Positions 19,590 through 26,750 of a stretch of DNA of 64,000 bases are shown here, in pieces (positions within the stretch are counted from its first letter, which is position 1; the number at the start of each line of letters is the position of its first letter). The notes below the pieces were generated by a model, which saw only the letters and a list, made by a program, of their open reading frames with translations, did no database searches and was not told the DNA's origin. A program made the translations under genes and the position numbers. Source of the DNA: Candidatus Enterousia sp. (GTDB taxonomy: Bacteria > Pseudomonadota > Alphaproteobacteria > Rs-D84); assembly GCA_045645065.1 (NCBI GenBank), contig JAZRIB010000010.1:12196-76195 (forward strand). The letters run 5' to 3'.

Positions 19590-19687
19590 GCGGGGTGGCG
19601 ACTACAAAGTGTCGCCATACCCGTGGGATATAGTGCGGGTTGGCGACTTCGAAGTGCCGCCATACCCGCGAAACGCGGGTATGGCGA
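19590..19687 (+). repeat. Three direct copies of the tRNA-Leu 5' end motif (GCGGGnTGGCGA), the first two each forming a hairpin with an inverted copy
   Basis: Direct copies: GCGGGGTGGCGAC (19590-19602), GCGGGTTGGCGAC (19635-19647) and GCGGGTATGGCGA (19675-19687, the tRNA 5' end). Inverted copies: GTCGCCATACCCG (19611-19623) and GCCGCCATACCCGC (19656-19669). Confidence 0.6.
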
Positions 19688-19759
19688 AACTGGTAGACGC
19701 GCTGGATTTAGGTTCCAGTGGGGCAACCCATAGGAGTTCGAGTCTCCTTACCCGCACCA
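19675..19759 (+). tRNA. tRNA-Leu (anticodon UAG), CCA encoded
   Basis: Cloverleaf folded by hand: acceptor GCGGGTA/TACCCGC, D-arm GCG-AAACTGGTAGA-CGC, anticodon arm CTGGA-TTTAGGT-TCCAG (anticodon TAG), long variable arm, T-arm GGAGTTCGAGTCTCC, then ACCA. Confidence 0.9.
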
Positions 19760-19814
19760 GGTCTTTAGTTGTTTTGACCAATACCTAAACCCCATTGTAA
19801 GCATTACGACAGTT

Positions 19815-20214
19815 TGTCATCCCGTGGCTTGACCACGGGATCCAGGTGTTTTCAAATTATAATAAATTATTTAAATCATAGTATAAATCACGCCAATCTG
19901 GATTATATTTTTCAATTAAATCTTTTTTCCAATTACGCTTCCATTCTTTTAATCTTTTTTCGTGACGTATTGCATCCCTAATATCATCAAAACGCTCATA
20001 ATAGACCAAACGGTCTACATTGTATTTATCTGTAAATCAGGGGACGATATGACATTTATGTTCATAAACACGTCGCGACAAATCGTTTGTCACACCAATG
20101 TAGAGTGTTCCATTTTGCGAACTGGCCAGGATATAGACATAATAATATTTTTGAACAAAAGACATATGATAAGAATATATTACCTGGGTCCCGTGGTCAA
20201 GCCACGGGATGACA
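19815..20214. mobile_element. 400-bp GIY-YIG mini-element bounded by 33-bp terminal inverted repeats
   Basis: Left end TGTCATCCCGTGGCTTGACCACGGGATCCAGGT (19815-19847). Right end ACCTGGGTCCCGTGGTCAAGCCACGGGATGACA (20182-20214). The two are reverse complements at 32 of 33 positions. Each end carries an internal CCCGTGG/CCACGGG palindrome. Confidence 0.6.
19857..20165 (-). pseudogene. GIY-YIG nuclease family gene interrupted by one in-frame TGA
   Basis: The minus strand reads MSFVQKYYYVYILASSQNGTLYIGVTNDLSRRVYEHKCHIVP-stop-FTDKYNVDRLVYYERFDDIRDAIRHEKRLKEWKRNWKKDLIEKYNPDWRDLYYDLNNLL. The GIY...YIG...R..EH...K.W pattern is intact. The TGA (20037-20039) sits where relatives usually have Gly (GGA). 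Confidence 0.75.
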
Positions 20215-20298
20215 AAAGATGCATTTGATTAACTATAATAAATACGCACTTAACAAAAGGATAACAAACAAAGACATATATACTGCAATATATCTAAG

Positions 20299-20329
20299 TA
20301 AAAAACGCCCCAATTTATCAAAGGGGCGT
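20299..20329 (-). terminator. Rho-independent terminator after the DUF378 gene
   Basis: On the minus strand: ACGCCCC-tttgataaatt-GGGGCGT followed by T6. Confidence 0.6.
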
Positions 20330-20364
20330 GGACATGAAACTAGTTTTATAACCGCAAATAAATC

Positions 20365-20577
20365 TTAGCGACCATTACGGGTTGGCTGATTTACAAACAT
20401 CCAAATCAACCATATCAATGCCGCAATACCAATTATCGCATAGACGATATTACTGGCCAATGTGGCAGGACCAAACAAAAACGCAACCAAATCAAAGCCA
20501 AAGATACCAATCAGCCCCCAGTTCAAGGCACCGATAAACGTCAATGGCATCAGTACATAACTTGTTAAACCTCTCAT
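20365..20577 (-). CDS. DUF378 family small membrane protein
   Basis: 70 aa with two TM helices. The ALNWGLIGIFGFDLVAFLFG block is characteristic of DUF378. Confidence 0.8.
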   Translation of the reverse strand: MRGLTSYVLMPLTFIGALNWGLIGIFGFDLVAFLFGPATLASNIVYAIIGIAALIWLIWMFVNQPTRNGR

Positions 20578-20738
20578 CTTTTTCTCCTTTTCAAAAGTTC
20601 AACCGTCTTAGTCAAAGACCAATCTAATTATAACTATTTTTTTTACAACAATCAACAACAATACCATATATAGGAACACGTTCCAACGCGCAGAATTCTA
20701 GGATTTTTATCGTATTATACATATACAGATTGCCGAAT

Positions 20739-21413
20739 TTATTCAGTCAATTTTCTTATCACAAAATTAGCCAACATCAAACCAAATATTCCGGTCACAG
20801 TAATATTAGACCCCATATTTTTTGCATATCCTGTTACTGGGGCGGGTGCTTCTGATGAAAAAACAGTTGGAAAATCAGGCAACCCTGTTCCGCGCACCGC
20901 ACGACGAATACGGTTCGCCAACGGACACACGCACGTCGCCGACAATGGCGCAACCTGAACCTTTGAAACATCTAATTTCAGTGCCGCACCCATCGATGAA
21001 ATAAACGGAATCTTGTTTTTAGCACACCACTGATATAACGCAACCTTAGACGGGACGGTGTCAATCGCATCAATTACAAAATCAGGACGCACATCCAAAT
21101 CAGTATCATCGCCCCAGAACATATTATATGCCAAAACCTGAATTTCTGGGTTAATATCATTTATGCGCGATACAGCAACATCAACCTTAGGCAGGCCAAC
21201 AGTTGAATCCAGCGCAAACAATTGACGATTTATATTAGTCATGTCAACCGTATCAAAATCAACAACAATAATATGACCAATACCAGTACGCGCCAATGCT
21301 TCTATGGCAAAAGAACCAACCGCACCACAACCAACAACCATTACTGTTGCATTGCGTAATTTTTCAACACCGCAATCTCCGAATAACAAACGCGTTCTGT
21401 GTAATCTTGTCAT
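20739..21413 (-). CDS. tcdA: tRNA threonylcarbamoyladenosine dehydratase (ThiF/E1-like, TcdA/CsdL)
   Basis: HRTRLLFGDCGVEKLRNATVMVVGCGAVGS (E1-like nucleotide-binding fold). Size and sequence pattern fit TcdA. Its start overlaps the stop of tatD. Confidence 0.85.
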   Translation of the reverse strand: MTRLHRTRLLFGDCGVEKLRNATVMVVGCGAVGSFAIEALARTGIGHIIVVDFDTVDMTNINRQLFALDSTVGLPKVDVAVSRINDINPEIQVLAYNMFWGDDTDLDVRPDFVIDAIDTVPSKVALYQWCAKNKIPFISSMGAALKLDVSKVQVAPLSATCVCPLANRIRRAVRGTGLPDFPTVFSSEAPAPVTGYAKNMGSNITVTGIFGLMLANFVIRKLTE

Positions 21414-22090
21414 TTTTTTAATAATCCAATAACGTTATTGTAAACCGTATTTACAACATCTGCAACCGACACATTCAAAATATTCGCCATTTTTTCCACA
21501 ACCATAATAACATCCAAGGGAATTGCAGTATCTGATTCAGATAAAATTCGATTTCGCGACACATGACAAAGAGCATTTACAGCACGTGTGCATGTTGGGC
21601 GACAAATTGCGCGTCCAAACGAAAAATATGAATTGTATTTTTCTAATACTGTTGCTATTTCAAGACTGGCCGCAAAATCATGCAACACAATCGCCGATGG
21701 CGTATATTCTGAAAGCACGCCCAACAATTTATCCCACGCACCAACACAATGAATATGTACCGTCCGTCCCATGTCACACGCCGTTTTTAACTGTGTGCGA
21801 AAAACATCAATCTGGCCGGACATATCTGGATAATTTTTATCTAAACCGATTTCGCCAACCATTAAATCTGGGTATGCAGTCAATAATTCACGCATGCGCA
21901 ACGCCCAGTCAGACGGCAAACCAGAAATATACCACGGATGAACACCAATCGCACCATAAACACCGCGATTCTTTGATATTTTTATAACATCATCCCAATC
22001 CGATACACGTGCCGCATTTGTAATTGCGACCGCTATGTCTGATGGTAATACCCCAGATGCCAGATGACAATGCGCATTAACATATTTCAT
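21410..22090 (-). CDS. tatD: TatD family metal-dependent hydrolase/DNase
   Basis: N-terminal NAHCHL metal-binding motif, later IHC and H.F blocks, ~226 aa TIM-barrel hydrolase pattern. Confidence 0.85.
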   Translation of the reverse strand: MKYVNAHCHLASGVLPSDIAVAITNAARVSDWDDVIKISKNRGVYGAIGVHPWYISGLPSDWALRMRELLTAYPDLMVGEIGLDKNYPDMSGQIDVFRTQLKTACDMGRTVHIHCVGAWDKLLGVLSEYTPSAIVLHDFAASLEIATVLEKYNSYFSFGRAICRPTCTRAVNALCHVSRNRILSESDTAIPLDVIMVVEKMANILNVSVADVVNTVYNNVIGLLKK

Positions 22091-22106
22091 ATTATGAACA
22101 TACCCT

Positions 22107-22131
22107 TAAAAAATCCCGACAGTGTCGGGAC
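22107..22131 (-). terminator. Hairpin plus U-run between ferredoxin gene and tatD (terminator/attenuator)
   Basis: On the minus strand: TCCCGAC-actg-TCGGGA followed by T6, located 6 nt after the ferredoxin stop and 17 nt before the tatD ATG. Confidence 0.55.
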
Positions 22132-22136
22132 TATAT

Positions 22137-22313
22137 TTATTCGTGTGCAATCGCACCCACAGGACAAATTGACGCACACGTTCCACAAGAAATACACTTG
22201 GACGCATCAATTACGCATTTTCCATCCGCGCCAACGGAAATTGCGCCCACTGGACACATACCCATACAACTGTGACAACCAATACATTTCGCATTATCAA
22301 TTTTATATGCCAT
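22137..22313 (-). CDS. 2x[4Fe-4S] ferredoxin (58 aa)
   Basis: Hand translation gives MAYKIDNAKCIGCHSCMGMCPVGAISVGADGKCVIDASKCISCGTCASICPVGAIAHE, with two CxxCxxCxxxCP cluster motifs. The gene falls below the ORF-track cutoff. Confidence 0.85.
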   Translation of the reverse strand: MAYKIDNAKCIGCHSCMGMCPVGAISVGADGKCVIDASKCISCGTCASICPVGAIAHE

Positions 22314-22341
22314 TTTTTATTCCTTTGTTTTGTTATTAAAA

Positions 22342-23088
22342 TTATTCACGATTAAACAGACTTAACAGATATTCGAACATCGCAATGAACGAAATATACA
22401 GATGCAATGCACCCAATACAGCCATCTGGTTTTTCTGGGTATCATCACTGATATAGTTATACGAATTCTTTAATGTCTGCATATCATAGGCTGTGAACAA
22501 TGCAAACACCAGAACACCAATCAAACTGACCACGGTGGAAAAGCCCGATCCCAACGGTACAAACATCGAAATTACGCCAACCAGAATTAAACCAATCATA
22601 CCAATCATCAAAAATATGCCAAGAAATGACAAATCTTTGACTGTTTTGTATCCAAACAACGCCATACACGCAAACATCAATGCTGCAACACCAAACGCCC
22701 AAATAATAGACACAGGGTTAACAGACAACGAATACCAAATCAGCGGCGTCATCGTTACACCAATCAATACTGCATACAATGCCAACAACCATGCGGCTGT
22801 ACTTGGTTTCATATGGAATACACGAACCTGGGCCCAGATAGACAACACCAAACCACCAAACAACAAAACATAGTATGTTGCAGAAAAACCACTTAAAGTA
22901 GGGTTAAATAAATGCAAAACAGCCCCACTTGCCAACGTCAGGTATGCCGCCACCCCCGTCAGTGCCACCGCACCAAACATCAAAGCAAAAATACGCTTTA
23001 AATATCCGTCGATACCAGTTGATTTTGCACCAGCATGCGATACACGACGCGCGGTTGTTTCTGTGACTTTATTTTTTTGTGAAATCAT
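22342..23088 (-). CDS. Bax inhibitor-1 / YccA family membrane protein
   Basis: Seven-TM layout; the C-terminal GALHLYISFIAMFEYLLSLF block is typical of the BI-1/YccA family. The start is set at ATG 23088 behind AAGGAGAAAG. Confidence 0.85.
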   Translation of the reverse strand: MISQKNKVTETTARRVSHAGAKSTGIDGYLKRIFALMFGAVALTGVAAYLTLASGAVLHLFNPTLSGFSATYYVLLFGGLVLSIWAQVRVFHMKPSTAAWLLALYAVLIGVTMTPLIWYSLSVNPVSIIWAFGVAALMFACMALFGYKTVKDLSFLGIFLMIGMIGLILVGVISMFVPLGSGFSTVVSLIGVLVFALFTAYDMQTLKNSYNYISDDTQKNQMAVLGALHLYISFIAMFEYLLSLFNRE

Positions 23089-23160
23089 AACTTTCTCCTT
23101 GTTATTTGAAAAATATATAATACAATACGCAGACATTTTCAAGAATAAAAGGATTAAAAA

Positions 23161-23340
23161 ATGACTTATGTAAATGGTACACGTGTAAACACAGACTATA
23201 ATGCAAAGTATACCGCAGATACAGCATCGCTGTTCACGCTGGTACTAAAAGCGGACACAGAAAACCGTTTAGCCCAAGAATACAACAAATTGGCAAAACG
23301 TCTGGGCACAGAAAAAATCCAGCAAAAATCAAAAGAATAA
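23161..23340 (+). CDS. Possible small protein (59 aa), unknown function
   Basis: ATG 23161 is preceded by AAAGGATTAAAAA. The product is MTYVNGTRVNTDYNAKYTADTASLFTLVLKADTENRLAQEYNKLAKRLGTEKIQQKSKE. No motif recognised; it is called only from frame and SD-like context upstream of lgt. Confidence 0.25.
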   Translation: MTYVNGTRVNTDYNAKYTADTASLFTLVLKADTENRLAQEYNKLAKRLGTEKIQQKSKE

Positions 23341-23429
23341 AAACCATTATGGCAGAACTGGAAAAATATCGTACAGCGCAAACAAACAAAACACGTTAAG
23401 ATTTTTACCAGAACGGGGGGATTTATATA

Positions 23430-24239
23430 ATGGCGATAACCGTGCAACAAATTGACCCGGTCGCAATGTCGATATTTGGTATTGACATACGCTGGTATGC
23501 GTTGGCATATGTGGCGGCGTTTGTTGTCGGTTATATATTATTCAAACGTCTGATGCGACGCCCAGACAGCGGTTTAAGTATTTCTAACAAAAAAATGGAT
23601 GATTTATTAACCGCAATAATACTGGGGGTTGTGTTTGGTGGACGGTTGGGATACGTGCTGTTCTATAACCTGGGGTATTTTATTGCACACCCACTGGAAA
23701 TATTGGCCGTGTGGCACGGCGGTATGAGTTTTCATGGCGGATTAATTGGTGCAATTATTGCAACATTTTGGTTTGGACGGAAAAATCAAATTAATTCGTG
23801 GCGAATCTTGGATCTGATGGCGGTCGTTGCGCCGATTGGATTGTTTTTTGGACGTATCGCAAATTTTATTAACATGGAATTAATGGGACATCCAACAAAT
23901 GTTCCATGGGCGGTGGAATTTGTAGATAAATCTGGAAACGTGCTGGTTCCTGCATCCCACCCCAGCCCAATTTATGAGGCCTGTAGCGAAGGAATCATAC
24001 TGTTTGCGTTGATGTATTGCCTGTACCGGTATACAAATTTGAATAAAAAGCCGGGTGCTTTGGCGGGAATTATGGGTATGGGATACGCGGTTGCGCGTAT
24101 TGTGTGCGAAGTTTTTCGTATGCCAGATGTTCAGGTTGGATTTCTGGGCGGGAATTGGCTAACGATGGGAATGACTTTGTCGTTTGTGATGTTTTTTTGC
24201 GGTTTTGCAATTTTTATGTTTGCGTTTCGTAAAAAATAA
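23430..24239 (+). CDS. lgt: Prolipoprotein diacylglyceryl transferase
   Basis: IDPVAMSIFGIDIRWYALAYV, GGRLGYVLFY, GGMSFHGGLIG and GRIANFINMELMG are the canonical Lgt blocks. Confidence 0.95.
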   Translation: MAITVQQIDPVAMSIFGIDIRWYALAYVAAFVVGYILFKRLMRRPDSGLSISNKKMDDLLTAIILGVVFGGRLGYVLFYNLGYFIAHPLEILAVWHGGMSFHGGLIGAIIATFWFGRKNQINSWRILDLMAVVAPIGLFFGRIANFINMELMGHPTNVPWAVEFVDKSGNVLVPASHPSPIYEACSEGIILFALMYCLYRYTNLNKKPGALAGIMGMGYAVARIVCEVFRMPDVQVGFLGGNWLTMGMTLSFVMFFCGFAIFMFAFRKK

Positions 24240-24282
24240 TGTACAATACGCCCCGTTGACCTTAAATGGGAAACAAAGTTTA

Positions 24283-24372
24283 GGATGGTTGGCAGAGCGG
24301 TCGAATGCGGCGGTCTTGAAAACCGTTGATGGGGCAACCCATCCGGGGGTTCGAATCCCTCACCATCCGCCA
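24283..24372 (+). tRNA. tRNA-Ser (anticodon UGA), CCA encoded
   Basis: Acceptor GGATGGT/ACCATCC, anticodon arm GCGGT-CTTGAAA-ACCGT (anticodon TGA), long variable arm TGATGGGGCAACCCATCC, T-loop TTCGAAT, discriminator G, then CCA. Confidence 0.9.
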
Positions 24373-24400
24373 GTATTCTGGCACACATGCCGATACAGAT

Positions 24401-24428
24401 AAAAACCCGCGGTTCTGCGGGATTTTTC
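24401..24428 (+). terminator. Rho-independent terminator after tRNA-Ser
   Basis: CCCGC-ggttct-GCGGG hairpin followed by ATTTTT. Confidence 0.7.
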
Positions 24429-24527
24429 ATGCGTTGACTTTGGTATGGGCGAAAATAGCCCTTTTTTACGCCATAATATTCAGCTTTCTATACACCCCCC
24501 GTTTTCCGATAGTCAATGGTCAGGTTA

Positions 24528-24556
24528 TTGACTTTTCAAATTAAACACACTATAAT
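24528..24556 (+). promoter_or_regulatory. Near-consensus sigma70 promoter upstream of trpS
   Basis: TTGACT (24528-24533), a 17-nt spacer, then TATAAT (24551-24556). Confidence 0.55.
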
Positions 24557-24563
24557 TATAAAT

Positions 24564-24608
24564 ATGAAAACACAAATTGCATTTTGTTCTTTCACTTGGT
24601 GGCTGTAG
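24564..24608 (+). promoter_or_regulatory. Candidate 14-codon leader peptide with tandem Trp codons upstream of trpS
   Basis: ATG AAA ACA CAA ATT GCA TTT TGT TCT TTC ACT TGG TGG CTG TAG encodes MKTQIAFCSFTWWL. It begins 7 nt after the -10 box, so it would be essentially leaderless. The TGGCTG/CAGCCA hairpin (24600-24617) overlaps the last codons and the stop. Confidence 0.35.
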
Positions 24609-24685
24609 TCGCAGCCAGTATTCTTCACACCTATTATATTTTTTCAACTTAATTTAGTTCAATCATTAAACAAAGGATTTTTATT

Positions 24686-25684
24686 ATGAAAAACAATGAA
24701 CAAAAGGTTATGTTAACCGGTGTGCGTCCAAGTGGAAATTTGACATTAGGCAACTATTTGGGTGCAATTAAGAATTTCGTGACGCGTCAGAATCAGTACA
24801 AGAGTTATATCTTTGTTGCGGATTTGCATGCGATAACCAGCCCACGCGACCCAGTCGAATTGCGTGAAGCGGTCAATAACTGCATCGCCATGTATTTGGC
24901 ATGTGGCATTGACCCAGAACAAACAATTGTGTTTCGTCAAAGTGATGTGTTGGAACATGGTATTATGGGCTTCATAATGACATTTCAAACGCATATGGGC
25001 GAATTGTCACGCATGACCCAGTTTAAACTAAAGTCGCAATCAGCGGGTAAAAATGGCATTGATACAGGACTGTTTGTGTATCCTCCATTGATGTCCGCAG
25101 ACATATTGTTGTATAACACAGATATAGTGCCGGTAGGTTTGGACCAACAACAGCATGTAGAATTGACGCGTGATTTGGCCCAGCGGTTTAACAATCGCTA
25201 TGGCGATACATTTAATGAACCGGATGTCTATATTGCCCCAGTTGGAAACAAGATTTTAAATCTGCAAAACCCAACCGAAAAGATGAACAAATCGGACGGT
25301 CCGAACCCAGGAACGGTTTTTTTGATGGACGATTTGAAATTGGTTCGAAAAAAGATAATGTCTGCGGTCACAGATAGTGAATCGGTGGTGCAGTTTGACG
25401 AAGAAAACAAACCCGGGATTTCAAATTTGATGAGCATACTGGCCGCAACAACCGGTGAAAGTATAGAGAACATAGAAAAACGCTTCACTGGGCGCGGATA
25501 TGGTGATTTCAAGCGAGAGGTTGCCGATGCAGTTTGTGATTTGATTGGAAATATTCAATCAAAATATCAGCAGTTCAAAAATCCAGATGTGCTGAACGCA
25601 ATTTTGGATGCGGGTGCGGAACGTGCACGAGTGGTCGCTTCAGATACTTTGAACAGAGCGAAAATTGCGTTGGGTTTAAAATGA
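24686..25684 (+). CDS. trpS: Tryptophan--tRNA ligase
   Basis: 332 aa. TGVRPSGNLTLGNYLG (HIGH-region equivalent), KMNKSD (KMSKS equivalent) and class Ic layout. Confidence 0.95.
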   Translation: MKNNEQKVMLTGVRPSGNLTLGNYLGAIKNFVTRQNQYKSYIFVADLHAITSPRDPVELREAVNNCIAMYLACGIDPEQTIVFRQSDVLEHGIMGFIMTFQTHMGELSRMTQFKLKSQSAGKNGIDTGLFVYPPLMSADILLYNTDIVPVGLDQQQHVELTRDLAQRFNNRYGDTFNEPDVYIAPVGNKILNLQNPTEKMNKSDGPNPGTVFLMDDLKLVRKKIMSAVTDSESVVQFDEENKPGISNLMSILAATTGESIENIEKRFTGRGYGDFKREVADAVCDLIGNIQSKYQQFKNPDVLNAILDAGAERARVVASDTLNRAKIALGLK

Positions 25685-25741
25685 AGGTATTTAGATATGG
25701 GAAAGTTTGCAACAGAATACCGGCCCGCCAGTAAAATTAAT

Positions 25742-25763
25742 ATGCCCGTTTGGGCATTTTTTA
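25742..25763 (+). terminator. Rho-independent terminator after trpS
   Basis: ATGCCC-gttt-GGGCAT hairpin followed by T6. Confidence 0.7.
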
Positions 25764-25889
25764 TTTACAAACACAGGTTTATGACTTGCATACAAGGAAA
25801 ATATTGACTAGTATATAATCCGTATCGACATACAATTTATCGGAACTGGGGATTATTGGTTCACCAGAAAAAACAAAAAGGTAAAACTT

Positions 25890-26741
25890 ATGCAACGTTG
25901 TCCACGTGTATCTGTGCTGACGCCGCTTTATAACACCAATCCGGTGCATTTGCGTGAAATGATTGAATCAATCCTGAATCAGACATTTACCGATTTTGAA
26001 TTTTTAATTCTGAACGATTCGCCAAACAACACAGAAATAGAAGATATTGTTAAATCGTACAAAGATAAACGTATTAAATATTCCAAGAACGAACAGAATA
26101 TGGGTATCACGCCATCGCGTAACAAGTTGCTTAAAATGGCACGCGGTGAATACGTTGCGATATTCGACCATGATGATATATCTGTGCCGGAACGATTGGC
26201 ACTGTGCGTGGAATATCTGGATAAAAATCCACACGTTGGGGTTGTGTCGGGATGGCTGCAATATTTTGGCACTGATAACAATATTTGGAAAACCCCGGAA
26301 TATGACACAGACATCAAAATAATCCTGACAAACGATTGTTCTGTTGCGCACACGGCGGCGATGATACGCAAAAGCGTCCTGGCCGACAATAATATTGAAT
26401 ACGAAGAATATTACACCCCGGCCGAAGACTATCGTCTGTGGGCACGCCTGATGGATGTGACGCACTTTCATAATTTACAGACGGTATTGGTGAAATATCG
26501 TTGGTTTGGCAATAATACATCTGCGACATTTGCCAATCGGACAGAGGCCGCACGTCGTTCAATCAGCCTGCAATTACAGAACCAATATCCGGCATATTAT
26601 CGTGAATATTGCCATCGCTTTGAACCAAAAACGCGTATCAAGGTACGTCTGTTTGGTTTTATCCCGTTGTTCAAGATAAAACGCAATTGGCTGTGGTTAT
26701 TTGAATGTATTCCAGTTTGCAAAATATTTTGTAAAAAATAG
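25890..26741 (+). CDS. Glycosyltransferase family 2
   Basis: VSVLTPLYNT...ILNQTFTDFEFLILNDSP...AIFDHDDIS (GT-A fold with DxD-type motif), plus a hydrophobic/basic C-terminal tail. Confidence 0.85.
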   Translation: MQRCPRVSVLTPLYNTNPVHLREMIESILNQTFTDFEFLILNDSPNNTEIEDIVKSYKDKRIKYSKNEQNMGITPSRNKLLKMARGEYVAIFDHDDISVPERLALCVEYLDKNPHVGVVSGWLQYFGTDNNIWKTPEYDTDIKIILTNDCSVAHTAAMIRKSVLADNNIEYEEYYTPAEDYRLWARLMDVTHFHNLQTVLVKYRWFGNNTSATFANRTEAARRSISLQLQNQYPAYYREYCHRFEPKTRIKVRLFGFIPLFKIKRNWLWLFECIPVCKIFCKK

Positions 26742-26750
26742 GGGGCATAT

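Noticed and set aside
20037-20039. In-frame TGA at a Gly-equivalent position of the GIY-YIG gene, as possible evidence for UGA recoding (genetic code 25 or 4, or selenocysteine).
   Set aside because: TGA clearly terminates well-conserved genes in this window at their expected ends (trpS, nrdR, recR and the aminotransferase at 27822-27824). No SECIS-like context is present. A simple nonsense mutation in a selfish element is the economical explanation.
19962-20228. An 88-aa plus-strand ORF across the GIY-YIG element (ends ...GPVVKPRDDKRCI).
   Set aside because: It is antisense to the recognisable GIY-YIG reading frame. Its C-terminus is just the translated palindromic terminal repeat.
23196-23450. 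An 84-aa minus-strand ORF between the BI-1 gene and lgt.
   Set aside because: It has no SD, overlaps the lgt start and has a Cys/Phe-rich junk composition. The plus-strand 59-aa ORF has a better context, though it too is low confidence.
24564-24685. A T-box riboswitch upstream of trpS.
   Set aside because: The leader is only ~120 nt. It lacks a specifier-loop architecture and the conserved T-box sequence (GGUGGUACCGCG-like); only a fortuitous GGTGG from the Trp codons is present. T-boxes are also not expected in this phylum.
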